Below, piece after piece: positions 49,011 through 59,161 of a stretch of 64,000 bases of DNA (within the stretch, counting starts at the first letter, position 1; the number at the start of each line of letters is the position of its first letter). The position numbers were made by a program, and so were the translations under genes. The notes beneath the pieces are model-generated. The model had not been told where the DNA came from and ran no database searches. It worked only from the letters and a program-made list of their open reading frames with translations. The stretch is from a virus (Duplodnaviria > Heunggongvirae > Uroviricota > Caudoviricetes), in the IMG/VR virus record IMGVR_UViG_3300029696_000106, positions 1 to 64,000 of that record, one strand, 5' to 3'.

Positions 49011-51131
49011 TTATTCTTCCAGACCTGCGCACCATGCAATGCCGGCGAGAACAAAGTATACACACGGAAGTGCGACACCGTTGCCCCAGAGCTTGTACTC
49101 TGCTGCATCCGAATACGGATCAGCCAGCCATTTTCGCAGCTGTTTCTCTGTCTTCTGCTTCTTAGCCTGTGTCACGATCCGTCTGTGGGTTTCAAACACA
49201 TCTGCCCAGAAAGTGAGTTCTTCCTCAGTCGGATTTTCTGTTCCAAGGTCTCTGCACCACCAGTCCGGGAAGCCTTGCAGTCTGGCACACTCGGTTGGTG
49301 TCAGGCGGCGGACGGTATAGGTCACTGGCGTGGACTGTACTTCTGGGTTGTCGATGACCAGACGGTCATTGAAAGCATCCTGCCCATTAAAGCCGCTGGG
49401 ATGTGCCCCAGTCGCCACCGTTCCCATAACTCCCTCGTTCAGATGCGGTGCCGGTGCGATGGTGGTCGGGTCTTTGTAATCCCGTGCCATCAAAGTCGGT
49501 GCAACTTCTTTCTCCACCTGCATATAGGAACCAGTTGTCATGGCATACACACTTTCTGGTGCGCAGACTGCATGGCGGTCTGTCGCATCTAAGGTGAAGC
49601 AGACATCCTCATTGACACCATCCCCCTGCGGACCATTCTCATCCTTACGGCCAATCATGTTGCCCTGCAGGACGAAGGTCTGCTGCTTCATCCCTAGCTC
49701 TGCTGCAAGTGCTGCTGACTTCTCTCCCAGATCCCGGACTTCATCCCTCTGATTCTGTGTAAAAGCAACCGGCTCTACTACACAGATGCCGCCCTGGTTA
49801 CAGGTCGGGTCTCCACCACTGCGGTCAAGAGTCCGGGATGTATCTGCTTCATAAAAACCGCTATGCGGATTATCGGACATCATGGAATGACTGGCTTTAG
49901 AGCAGACACCGTAGCATTTCGGAACGAACAGCGTCTGGTCGTTGTTGCAGCCGAGGGTGGCTGACTTTTCTTCCTGCCAGATGGCTCCCTTGCCGCCGCC
50001 CTCACATCCGGAGCGGATCTTCAATGTGACTGCCGGGGAGTTCTCAACATCTTTCACCGGGCTTTCCACCGACTTTTCAACACCATCCATGACCAGTGGA
50101 ACATTGCCGCCACCCGTACCACACCGGCTGGTCAGGGTCTGCACCTTGCCATCCTCGGAAATCTTCACCCGGCTGTCTGCAGGATGGTTTTCCAAAGCAA
50201 TAGCGGCAGGCACAACACCAGCCCGGAGAGTTGGTGACCGTTCCTCTTCATACCCGATGCTTCTTGCGTTGGCAGAGTGTTCCGTGCAGAAACCGGCTGC
50301 TTCCAGAACACACGGAGGATGGTGTGCTTCTGCTCGAAGCGTTGATGTCACTTCCTTTGTCACATCCATTCTCTCCCCATCCTGATCATTCAGGCAGATT
50401 CTTCCTGTGCCGCCTGCCTTTCCAGTGCTGCTTTCAACACAGGTGGCAGCTCTTTGCCACGCACGGAAGCTCTCCGCAGAATACCGAGACACGCCTTCGG
50501 ACTCAAATAATACTTTTGGGGCACTCTGGTCTGCAAAATCTGCGACAAGGAAGATTCGTTTTCTACGCTGGGGCACGCCCCACCACTGTGCATCAAGGAC
50601 TCGATACGCGACACTCCATCCGTCTCCCAAATAGTAGTCAGCATCCGGCCATCCCTTTTTCTCAGGCGCAGGCACCTGGGCAGACGGTTCTTTAACACCG
50701 ATGACGGCTTCGAGGACTGCCTTGAAGTCCTGTCCTTTGTTTGAGGAGAAGGCCCCTGGCACATTCTCCCACACGATAAATCTTGGTTTTTCTCCATTGG
50801 TCTTACACCTCATTTCCTTCACGATTCGGATTGCTTCGTAAAACAGGCTGGACCGTGAACCATCCAGACCGTCCCGCTTACCGGCGATAGACATATCCTG
50901 ACAGGGACTTCCAAAAGTAATGATGTCAACAGGCGGCAAGTCCGCACCGCTGATGGCAGACACATCACCATAGTGCCTCACCCACGGCAGGCGCTTGGTC
51001 GTGACTCGGATGGCAAAGGGCTCCACCTCGCTGCTCCACAGCGGAGTGATCTGCCCGGTCAAAAGTCCACCCAACGGGAAACCCCCGGAACCATCAAAGA
51101 GGCTGCCGAGTGTCAGCTGTTTATTCTCCAT
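49011..51131 (-). CDS. DNA (cytosine-5) methyltransferase with an unusually long variable region (~705 aa)
   Basis: LFDGSGGF (motif I), GSPCQDMS (PC motif), ENVPG (ENV motif), C-terminal GNGVALP. Confidence 0.85.
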   Translation of the reverse strand: MENKQLTLGSLFDGSGGFPLGGLLTGQITPLWSSEVEPFAIRVTTKRLPWVRHYGDVSAISGADLPPVDIITFGSPCQDMSIAGKRDGLDGSRSSLFYEAIRIVKEMRCKTNGEKPRFIVWENVPGAFSSNKGQDFKAVLEAVIGVKEPSAQVPAPEKKGWPDADYYLGDGWSVAYRVLDAQWWGVPQRRKRIFLVADFADQSAPKVLFESEGVSRYSAESFRAWQRAATCVESSTGKAGGTGRICLNDQDGERMDVTKEVTSTLRAEAHHPPCVLEAAGFCTEHSANARSIGYEEERSPTLRAGVVPAAIALENHPADSRVKISEDGKVQTLTSRCGTGGGNVPLVMDGVEKSVESPVKDVENSPAVTLKIRSGCEGGGKGAIWQEEKSATLGCNNDQTLFVPKCYGVCSKASHSMMSDNPHSGFYEADTSRTLDRSGGDPTCNQGGICVVEPVAFTQNQRDEVRDLGEKSAALAAELGMKQQTFVLQGNMIGRKDENGPQGDGVNEDVCFTLDATDRHAVCAPESVYAMTTGSYMQVEKEVAPTLMARDYKDPTTIAPAPHLNEGVMGTVATGAHPSGFNGQDAFNDRLVIDNPEVQSTPVTYTVRRLTPTECARLQGFPDWWCRDLGTENPTEEELTFWADVFETHRRIVTQAKKQKTEKQLRKWLADPYSDAAEYKLWGNGVALPCVYFVLAGIAWCAGLEE

Positions 51132-52392
51132 CGGCATCCTCGCTTTCCGGCTCGAAGGTTGCCACTTCCTCGAACTTCAGCTTCTGACCGTCGCGGATAA
51201 CAAACACATCATCGTAGTGGCCTTCGCTGTGTTCGATGTACCGCTTCACGATAACATCCACGAACTTCGGATCAAGCTCGATGCCCCGACACACACGGTC
51301 CGTTTCCTCACAGGCGATCAATGTCGAGCCGCTACCAAGGAACGGATCGAGGACGATGCCGTTGGTCATAGTTGAGTTGCGGATTGGATAGCTCATCAGG
51401 CCGATGGGCTTCATGGTCGGATGATCCTTGTTGGACTTCGGCCGGTCATACTCCCAGATGGTCGTCTGCTTTCGGTCGGAATACCACTGGTGCTTCCCCT
51501 TCTGCTTCCAACCGTAAAGACACGGTTCGTGCTGCCACTGGTAAGGACTGCGCCCCAGCACCAGAGCATTCTTCTTCCAAATACAGCACCCAGACAGGTA
51601 GAACCCGGCATCCTTGAATGCCTTTCTAAAGTTCAGCCCTTCCGTATCTGCATGGAAGATGTAGATGGAGCCGTCATCCGCCAGATGACCGTGCATCTGC
51701 TGGAACGCTGCCAGAAGGAACTGGTAGAATTCCGAATCGCCCATGTTGTCATTCATGATCTTACCGGCCGTTTCTTCCACATCCACATTGTAAGGAGGAT
51801 CGGAAAGAACCAGATTTGCCTTGGTACCTTCCATCAGGGTATCGTAGCATTCTGCCTTAGTGGAATCGCCGCACAGAACGATGTGCTTTCCCAGATGCCA
51901 GAGGTCGCCCTCTTTGGAGAAGCACGGCTGCTTCAGCTCGGATTCCACATCGAAGTCATCTTCCTTGACCTCTTTGCTGTGGACCTTGTTGAACAGCGTC
52001 TCGATCTCAGGCGGGTCAAAGCCTGTCTTGCCGAGGTCGAAGTTGGAATCTTCGATGTCCTTGAGCAGGTCAGCCAGCAGAGAATCATCCCATGCACCCG
52101 TAATCTTGTTAAGTGCGATGTTCAGAGCTTTTTCTCTGGTCTTGTCGATGTCCACCACCGCACAAGGCACTTCTGTGTATCCCAGTTCCATTGCAACAGT
52201 CAGTCTCTGATGGCCGCCGATGATCGTCATGTCGGCATTGACCACCAAAGGATCTGCGAAGCCGAACTCCGTGATGGAGTTCTTGATTTTCTCGTACTCT
52301 TTATCCCCCGGCTTCAACTTTTTCCGGGGATTGTATGCAGCCGGCTTGAGTACGGACACCGGCAGCATCTTTAGTTCAGCAGTCGCTTTCAT
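51121..52392 (-). CDS. ParB-like nuclease domain fused to an N6A/N4C amino-methyltransferase (beta class)
   Basis: N-terminal ParB fold, then SDPPYNV and later DPFLGSGST. Confidence 0.8.
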   Translation of the reverse strand: MKATAELKMLPVSVLKPAAYNPRKKLKPGDKEYEKIKNSITEFGFADPLVVNADMTIIGGHQRLTVAMELGYTEVPCAVVDIDKTREKALNIALNKITGAWDDSLLADLLKDIEDSNFDLGKTGFDPPEIETLFNKVHSKEVKEDDFDVESELKQPCFSKEGDLWHLGKHIVLCGDSTKAECYDTLMEGTKANLVLSDPPYNVDVEETAGKIMNDNMGDSEFYQFLLAAFQQMHGHLADDGSIYIFHADTEGLNFRKAFKDAGFYLSGCCIWKKNALVLGRSPYQWQHEPCLYGWKQKGKHQWYSDRKQTTIWEYDRPKSNKDHPTMKPIGLMSYPIRNSTMTNGIVLDPFLGSGSTLIACEETDRVCRGIELDPKFVDVIVKRYIEHSEGHYDDVFVIRDGQKLKFEEVATFEPESEDADGE

Positions 52393-52413
52393 GTAAGCCC
52401 TCCCGTTTTAGAT

Positions 52414-52641
52414 TCACATGCGTATGACCCCGGAGAACGGCACGAAAAAGGAGCCGAACAAAAAGCCCGACTCCATTTCACTACCATCTTCTTCTGGCTG
52501 CGGTTTCTCTGCCATCTCGCACCATTCCGGGTTTTCCCCGTTCACAGATGCCAGGACCTTATCTTCCGCAAAGTCGATTGCATGTACACAAATACCCCCG
52601 GTGTTGAACAACGGGTACACACCGATCACCTTTTCACTCAT
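52414..52641 (-). CDS. hypothetical protein
   Basis: GGAGG RBS; 75 aa. Confidence 0.4.
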   Translation of the reverse strand: MSEKVIGVYPLFNTGGICVHAIDFAEDKVLASVNGENPEWCEMAEKPQPEEDGSEMESGFLFGSFFVPFSGVIRM

Positions 52642-53137
52642 GCTCCTTCGCCTCCTTCATTCCATATCGAAATTCAAAATAACAATTTCTGCTGCAGAAC
52701 ATCCGCTGACTCCTGCTTTCGCAGATTGCCGTAAACGGACGGCCACAGTTCTGACAGAATGCTACCCTGCCAGCCTTTTCCCGTTTATAATTCCTTCGTT
52801 CATATTCGGCATAGCATTCATCCGAACAATATTTTCTCGGTGCACCTCTTCCACTCTGCCCGATGATTCTTCCACAGACTGGACATCTGCGTTCTTTCAT
52901 TCGGCCCGGCGGCACCAGATGGCAGCTTCCCATTTCCGGCAATCCCAGTTCCCGGCAGTAATCCATCACCTGTTCCACAGGCATTCCCGTCTGCTCTGCG
53001 ATCTGAGAAAGTTTCGTTCCAGAAAGCCGCAGCGTCCTCACCTGCTCCCTGGCCGCATCAAACGCCATTCCTTCAAAAACACAATCCATACGGATGCCAT
53101 TTCTTCTGACATCCCGTTCAATACTCAATGGCTGCAT
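52634..53137 (-). CDS. HTH plus double zinc-ribbon protein
   Basis: LSQIAEQTGMPVEQVMDYCRELGL is a HTH; two CPVCG/CQNCG...YCS/FCS..C repeats. Confidence 0.45.
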   Translation of the reverse strand: MQPLSIERDVRRNGIRMDCVFEGMAFDAAREQVRTLRLSGTKLSQIAEQTGMPVEQVMDYCRELGLPEMGSCHLVPPGRMKERRCPVCGRIIGQSGRGAPRKYCSDECYAEYERRNYKREKAGRVAFCQNCGRPFTAICESRSQRMFCSRNCYFEFRYGMKEAKEHE

Positions 53138-53426
53138 CTTTTGCCTCCTTTCCTCTGCCCCGGTTGGCACAAGCCCGACTGCAATATTTCCGTTCCAACC
53201 CGTACTGGTGCCGGTAGGAAAACTCCCTACCACACACCGGGCAAATCTTGGAGCGTACCGTTTTCCAGTTCTCCGGCTTCGGATGGGTGTTGTTCCATCG
53301 TGACCGGCATTCCGGTGAGCAGAACTTCCGGGGTCTGCCTTTGTGGTTTGGTATGATTGCCGTGCCGCACTGAGGACAGAACGAAAACGCCATGTCCTTG
53401 ATCATCTCAGCCGTGTAGTCTTCCAT
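53118..53426 (-). CDS. double zinc-ribbon protein, paralogous to the C-terminus of 52634..53137
   Basis: CPQCG...RPRKFCSPEC and CPVCGREF...RKYCSRAC. Confidence 0.45.
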   Translation of the reverse strand: MEDYTAEMIKDMAFSFCPQCGTAIIPNHKGRPRKFCSPECRSRWNNTHPKPENWKTVRSKICPVCGREFSYRHQYGLERKYCSRACANRGRGKEAKDAAIEY

Positions 53427-53826
53427 CTGCCCTCACCTCACTCTCATTTTTCGCCGTTTCTTCGGCGGTTTCTTAGAAAAATCTCATAATTCATACGAAA
53501 AGCGGCGAAGTGGAAATCGGCACCGCCCCGCCAGGTTGGTTTGTTATTGCAGCGGCCGATTCCCGCTCGCCCTCGCTCCTCCCGGAACAAGCTAAAATGT
53601 GCGAAAGTTCCCTGTTTACGAGAGGTTTCACACACTTTGGTTCATTTCGGGGAAAAAGAATGGCACCGGAACCGAAGCTCCGATGCCTGTACATTTTCCT
53701 GTTTCATTTTGCGCCGTTAATCCTCTGACCCCCGGCCTATCAATTTTGCGGTTTTTCACAGAAAAGGGCGCACCGGTCTCCGTGTGACTTCACCGTAGAG
53801 AAGCGACCCCGGCCCCGGTGGGGGTG

Positions 53827-54186
53827 TCAGTAGGTGTAGGTCGGGTTGATGTCCTCAGTCAACGTCTTCTGATCGTGGCAGCTCTTGCAGAGCGACTGCC
53901 AGTTATTCTGGTCCCAAAAAAGTTTCTGGTCACCACGGTGCGGAATGATGTGATCCACCACCGTTGCCCGGACGTACTTGCCCTGCTTGGCGCACTGCAC
54001 ACATAACGGATGTGCTTCGAGATACGACTTCCTGGCTTTCTGCCAACGTCTGTTGTATCCACGCTTACCCGCTGGGCGTGTAACTTCCGGGTGAAGAGAC
54101 AGGTGCTTCTCACAGTAGAGCCGGTCGGGTTCCACCAGCTCAGGGCAGCCGGGGTGATGGCACGGTGTCTTTGGTCTGTACGGCAT
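53827..54186 (-). CDS. HNH endonuclease
   Basis: CVQCAKQGK...VDHIIPHRGDQKLFWDQNNWQSLCKSCHDQKT. Confidence 0.8.
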   Translation of the reverse strand: MPYRPKTPCHHPGCPELVEPDRLYCEKHLSLHPEVTRPAGKRGYNRRWQKARKSYLEAHPLCVQCAKQGKYVRATVVDHIIPHRGDQKLFWDQNNWQSLCKSCHDQKTLTEDINPTYTY

Positions 54187-54189
54187 GGG

Positions 54190-55257
54190 TCAGTCCTCCC
54201 ACGGAAGACCAGCCTTGCCGAAGTGACCGTAAGCACTGACCTTGTTGTAGTCTACGTCCAGCAGGCCCAGCCGCTTGATGATACCCTGTGGGGTCAGGTC
54301 ATAGCTGTCATGAACATAGGCTTCAATGAAGTCGAGGGACTGGTGCTCCGTACCGAAGCACTCCACAGCCACACCCACCGGCTGTACCACACCGATGGCG
54401 TAAGCCAGCTGGACTTCGCACTTGTCAGCGTAGCCCGCCTGCACGATGTCCTTGGCAATCTTCCTCGCCATGTATGCTGCAGAGCGGTCTACCTTGGTCG
54501 GGTCTTTGCCGCTCAGAGCACCGCCGCCCATGCGGCCGATACCGCCGTAGGTGTCGCACGCCAGCTTCCGGCCAGTCACACCACAGTCGGCGTAGCTGCC
54601 GCCCAGCACGAAACGGCCGGTCGGGTTGACCAGCTTCGTGAAGTCACCGTCCAGACCATACTCGCAGGCGGCCAGCACCATCATGGATTCGATGATGTGC
54701 CGGAAGTCGCTGACCTCCACATCCGGGCTGTGCTGCACAGAGCAGAGGAACGTAGTGATTCGGCCGGTGTCGTAATCGTAGCTGACCTGTGCCTTGGCAT
54801 CTGCCCGGAACATCTTGGACGGATGGTTCTTCAACAGCTGCAGAAACTTGGTAGCGACCATGTAGGGAATCGGCATCTGCTCTGCCGTCTCGTTGGTGGC
54901 ATAGCCATACATGATTCCCTGGTCACCGGCACCGCCCTTGTCCACACCCAGTGCAATATCTGGCGACTGCTTGTCCACCAGAATGCCGATGCGAAGAAGC
55001 TCAGTCAGGTTCCACCCCAGCTTTTCGGCACCGATGCGGTTGAACACATCGTGGACAATCTGGTGGTAGTTTGGCTGGTAATCGGTAGTAACTTCGCCTG
55101 CAATAAAAAGCTGGCTCTTTTTCAGCAGACACTCAATCGCCACACGGGCGTGCTTGTCATGCTGAAGGATGTCGATCACAATGGCATCTGCGATCTGGTC
55201 ACAGATTTTGTCGGGATGGCCGTTGCTGACCTGTTCACAAGTGATGATCTTACTCAT
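54190..55257 (-). CDS. metK: S-adenosylmethionine synthetase
   Basis: GHPDKICDQIADAI, GAGDQGIMYGYA, DTYGG and GKDPTKVDRSAAY signatures; aligns along its whole length with bacterial MetK. Confidence 0.9.
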   Translation of the reverse strand: MSKIITCEQVSNGHPDKICDQIADAIVIDILQHDKHARVAIECLLKKSQLFIAGEVTTDYQPNYHQIVHDVFNRIGAEKLGWNLTELLRIGILVDKQSPDIALGVDKGGAGDQGIMYGYATNETAEQMPIPYMVATKFLQLLKNHPSKMFRADAKAQVSYDYDTGRITTFLCSVQHSPDVEVSDFRHIIESMMVLAACEYGLDGDFTKLVNPTGRFVLGGSYADCGVTGRKLACDTYGGIGRMGGGALSGKDPTKVDRSAAYMARKIAKDIVQAGYADKCEVQLAYAIGVVQPVGVAVECFGTEHQSLDFIEAYVHDSYDLTPQGIIKRLGLLDVDYNKVSAYGHFGKAGLPWED

Positions 55258-55672
55258 TGGTTTTTTCCTCCATTTCCGTCCAGCCAAGCACTTTATTCCC
55301 ACAAGAGCAGGTGTAGTAAAGTGTGCTTAGATCGTATTCCTCCATATACGGGTGCATCTTCTTATTGCACTTCGGACAATGTCGGACAGGAATCACAGAG
55401 CCCCGCATATCAATGCCACCGTCACAGGAAAGGTCAAAAGGATAAATCTCTGTTCGTCCTTCTCCATCTTCCGTCAGTACCAAACAATAGGGTCTTGAAA
55501 CCTCATTGCATTCCCGCATGACCACATTGTCATCATCATCCACATCGACTGCCATGACCGTAGTTCCAATCGGCAACGGCATCATCTGCTTGATGCTGAG
55601 ATTTTCATATCCAGCCGTATTCCTCCCAAGCCAGTGCATCCCCATATTTTTGTTCACAGTCTTTTCCATCAT
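55250..55672 (-). CDS. zinc-ribbon protein (hypothetical)
   Basis: CPKCNKK...CSCGNK. Confidence 0.4.
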   Translation of the reverse strand: MMEKTVNKNMGMHWLGRNTAGYENLSIKQMMPLPIGTTVMAVDVDDDDNVVMRECNEVSRPYCLVLTEDGEGRTEIYPFDLSCDGGIDMRGSVIPVRHCPKCNKKMHPYMEEYDLSTLYYTCSCGNKVLGWTEMEEKTNE

Positions 55673-55789
55673 GTTTTCCCCTCTTTCATGTAATATCAAA
55701 GCAGGTACCCTTTGCTCTGGCTCCGCCCTGTCATTTCCCACAAAGCAAGCCCTCGCAAAAGATACCCACAAAGATTCGTGTCTGTTCTC

Positions 55790-56135
55790 GTTTTTTCTAC
55801 CCTGTAGATGTTGTAGATGCTGATTTTGGTTTTTCTTATACGAGATTTATATTTTTTATTTAACCTTTTTATCTTCTACATCATCTACAAGAAGGAACAA
55901 AAGCAATAAAGAAGTACAGAAAACCGCTTAAAAACGTGCTTTCTGCATTTCACGCACCTCAATTTTTGTAGAAGCTCTGTAGAAGCAAAATTCGGTCATT
56001 TTGCATCGAAAAGGCAATTTTGTTCTTTTCCGAATGTCGGCAGCACTTAAAAATCAGGGTTCCACATCTACAAAATATCAAATCTGTAGGTGCTTTTCCC
56101 CATTTTGTAGATGCTCTGATGTGAGCATCATCTAC
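55790..56135. repeat. iteron-like array of TGTAGA(T/A)G / CATCTACA motifs in both orientations
   Basis: About 10 copies in ~350 nt of AT-rich intergenic DNA next to the primase-helicase gene, including the near-palindrome TGTAGATGCTCTGATGTGAGCATCATCTACA. Confidence 0.45.
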
Positions 56136-56138
56136 AGC

Positions 56139-58595
56139 TTAGGTTTCAGAAAATTCGGTGACCTGTGTCTTCTGGATCAACCTCTCGATGTGTTCCGGAG
56201 CAGAATCAGACAGAACGTCTGTATCCTCTTCTTCCTCCTGTGCCCAAGCACAATCATTCAGAAAAGTAGTTGCATTGCCTTTTTCTTTCCACGGTCTGCG
56301 CACCTCGTAAACATACCTCTGCTCCATCTCCTTTTTGAAGTTTGGCTGGCTCAGAGCTTTGATGTTGTTTGCTTCGCACCACCGCTTGTAGATATCGAAC
56401 ACCGCTACACTACGCAGTTCTTCTCCTTTGGCATGACGCAGACAGAGACTGGCAAACTGACCGACTTTGTCGGACTCCAACTCATAATCTGCCGTGGCCT
56501 CCTTGACTGCCTGCGGCATTTCCAATCCTTCTTTGAGGAACAGCTTGAAGCCCTCATACACCCAATTGAAAATGCCCGCCATATTTTCCGGCTCTGCAAA
56601 CTGAGCCTTCAAGCCTCGATCCTGCTCGTTTTCCTTAAAATGCCGATTGAAAGGAATCATTTTCACGCGGCCAGAGTGGAACAAGGTCAGATCCGTAATG
56701 TTGGGCCGGTAGTTCGTGTTAATGAAGATTTTGAATCCAGCACGGAACTCGAAGCTGTTCTCGTGCAGATATCGGGCAGTGATCGTGTCATTGCCAGTCA
56801 ATCGCTTAGTAAGTGCTGCATCAATGGTCAGCTTCTTCTCCGGCTCAGAGATATTGACAAAACGGGAACCGGCAAGACGCGCCAGTTCCTCGGTAGGTCC
56901 ATTGCTCTGCGCATTGAATTTCATGGCAAGCAGCACTGGGTCAGCATTTCTGCCGTAATCGCCCATAAGCCGCAGAAAAGATTCCATCAGCGTACCTTTG
57001 CCATTTCGGGAAGTAGCACCGTACAGGATAAAGAAACATTCCATCCGGGTATCACCGGACAGCGCATAACCCAGAGCTTTCTGTGTGTACCGGATAGTAT
57101 CCTTATCCCCCATCATGACTTCATCCATGAACTTGATAAATCGGTCGCATTTGGCATCCGGATCATATTCTACCGGAGACACCTTTGTGAGAAAGTCCTC
57201 CGGTCTGTGTTCCCGGAACTCACCAGTTCGCAGGTCGAGCGTACCATTTGCCATGTTAAAAAGATAAATGTCACGGTCAAAATTCTTCATCGCCAGCGGA
57301 AATACAGACTTCGCATCCTTGATCATGGTGTCACGGTTTCTGCGAAGCTGAAGTTTCCTTACACGGTCAATAAAACGCTTTCGGGCATCTTCCTCCGTGA
57401 TCGTCAAAGCAAATACATACAGCTTGTCCGCCAGCAGCTTTGCCAGTTCTGCCACTCGCAAATTTTCAGCGTCTGCTCTCCAGACAGAACCATCATAGAC
57501 ATACCAGATACCTCGCTCACTGTTGTATCTGGCAATAGGCTTAAAGTAGTCAGCGAAGGCGTTACCCATGCCGATTTCTTCTCTGCCATATCGTGGGTTT
57601 GAGTGCGGAGCCATCTCCTCCAAGGTCAGAGTGATCTTGGAAATGTCCGGCTGATATTCTTCATCCTCATCCAGCTTGGAAAATTCCTCATCCACAATGT
57701 CCTGCGCATTGACCGGCATATAGACAGCCGAACAGGTATTGACGGTATTGCGGATGGAAATCGCACCGTAGGTCGAACCAGCCTGCTTGCGATCCCACTT
57801 ATCACGCATCAAGCCCGATGTACGGAAGATGCGGTCCATCTGCTCCTCATCGCAGCCACACCAGAATGCCAAAATGGACAGTAACGCCATATCTGCATCC
57901 GACTGGCTGCCGTAGAGATCTTCCCAGTCACCGGCAAAGAGTTTTTTGAACTTTTCCGAATTGCTGGCTTCATTGGCGTGTGCGATGACAGCCTCATCAT
58001 CCAGATACGAATGGTGCTGGAAATGGGTCTGCTGCACCTGCTTGTTTCGCTTCATCAGCGTATCCAGCAGTGTTGTCATTGCCGTTTCATCGTTCGGGAT
58101 CTCACCTGTGCGGTAAACATCTCCCGTTACGGTGACGAAGCGGTTCGTCGCACCGGGCATATACACTTCCAGACCTTTGCTACGGTTATTGATGTAGTAG
58201 ACTGTCTTGTCGTAGACGTAGTCTTCCGGCACACAGAAGAAACCTCGCAGTCCTTTCCCGGATGGAGATTTTTCCACGTAAGCCGTAGGAAAGATGGAAA
58301 GGACAGTATCCGCTGTATCGTTCAGTGTACCATCCTCCCGGATACAGTGGTCGATATCAAAAGCACCGATGCCGTTTCCGACTGCGATGCCGATTCCGTC
58401 ATAACCGCCCATCGCATAGGTAACGAGGGTATTCTTGAAATCTGAAAATGTACGCAGGTCATTGATCTTTGCCCGTTCTCCCGTTGCCGGGTTAAACGGC
58501 ATCTTGGTCTTCTGTCCATTGCGCTTTTCAAACTTCCAGACACAGAAGCTGCAGGTCGTTTTCAGCTTGCCCGGAATGTTCTTGATGTCCATCAT
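56139..58595 (-). CDS. bifunctional prim-pol / SF3 helicase (phage-plasmid primase, D5/P4 family)
   Basis: N-terminal prim-pol region (GIGIAVGNGIGAFDIDH), Walker A ILYGATSRNGKGTL, D5_N-like region. Confidence 0.85.
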   Translation of the reverse strand: MMDIKNIPGKLKTTCSFCVWKFEKRNGQKTKMPFNPATGERAKINDLRTFSDFKNTLVTYAMGGYDGIGIAVGNGIGAFDIDHCIREDGTLNDTADTVLSIFPTAYVEKSPSGKGLRGFFCVPEDYVYDKTVYYINNRSKGLEVYMPGATNRFVTVTGDVYRTGEIPNDETAMTTLLDTLMKRNKQVQQTHFQHHSYLDDEAVIAHANEASNSEKFKKLFAGDWEDLYGSQSDADMALLSILAFWCGCDEEQMDRIFRTSGLMRDKWDRKQAGSTYGAISIRNTVNTCSAVYMPVNAQDIVDEEFSKLDEDEEYQPDISKITLTLEEMAPHSNPRYGREEIGMGNAFADYFKPIARYNSERGIWYVYDGSVWRADAENLRVAELAKLLADKLYVFALTITEEDARKRFIDRVRKLQLRRNRDTMIKDAKSVFPLAMKNFDRDIYLFNMANGTLDLRTGEFREHRPEDFLTKVSPVEYDPDAKCDRFIKFMDEVMMGDKDTIRYTQKALGYALSGDTRMECFFILYGATSRNGKGTLMESFLRLMGDYGRNADPVLLAMKFNAQSNGPTEELARLAGSRFVNISEPEKKLTIDAALTKRLTGNDTITARYLHENSFEFRAGFKIFINTNYRPNITDLTLFHSGRVKMIPFNRHFKENEQDRGLKAQFAEPENMAGIFNWVYEGFKLFLKEGLEMPQAVKEATADYELESDKVGQFASLCLRHAKGEELRSVAVFDIYKRWCEANNIKALSQPNFKKEMEQRYVYEVRRPWKEKGNATTFLNDCAWAQEEEEDTDVLSDSAPEHIERLIQKTQVTEFSET

Positions 58596-59161
58596 GCCTG
58601 TGCCTCCCTTCCCGTACAAGCCTGCATCGCAAACTGCTTCTTAACAGCAGCTTCGATCTCCTGCTTTTTCTTGGCCGAAGTCACACGGCAGAGCCGATTG
58701 CACAGAACCATCTTGTCAATAGTCGTGATCTGCTCCACCAGCAGAATGGATTCTTCCAGACACTCATCCCGGAGCATTTCGCAGTCTCTCCCGGTGACCG
58801 GAATGTGTACCGGCAGCTCCAGCTTCTTCAGCTTGGAACTCATCGGGATCACCGTGATGATCGGAGAATTGCGGTTTGCCATATCGTTGCTGATGACCAG
58901 CACCGGGCGGTTTCCGCTCTGCACCGAAGTACCATAATGATTCCCCAGTTCTGCAAACCAGATCTCATACTGCTTCGGTATCTTTTGTACCGGCCACTGA
59001 TCAGCTATCATCTCGTGAAACTGAGGTTCTTTCGATGTCAGCTTACAGGATGCCTCTGATCTGCGGTGCGGCTTCGTTTTTCCACGCTGGTTGATGTATT
59101 TATTGACATGGATCTTGCGGCCGCGCTCTACCGGCCGGGCATTACTTTTCTTTCGTCCCAT
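58592..59161 (-). CDS. MazF/PemK (EndoA-like) endoribonuclease-fold protein with a ~50-aa basic N-terminal extension
   Basis: MIADQ...IWFAELGNHYGTSVQSGNRPVLVISNDMANRNSPIITVIPMSSKLKKLELPVHIPV closely follows B. subtilis EndoA; a strong GGAGGT RBS sits only at the upstream ATG. Confidence 0.65.
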   Translation of the reverse strand: MGRKKSNARPVERGRKIHVNKYINQRGKTKPHRRSEASCKLTSKEPQFHEMIADQWPVQKIPKQYEIWFAELGNHYGTSVQSGNRPVLVISNDMANRNSPIITVIPMSSKLKKLELPVHIPVTGRDCEMLRDECLEESILLVEQITTIDKMVLCNRLCRVTSAKKKQEIEAAVKKQFAMQACTGREAQA

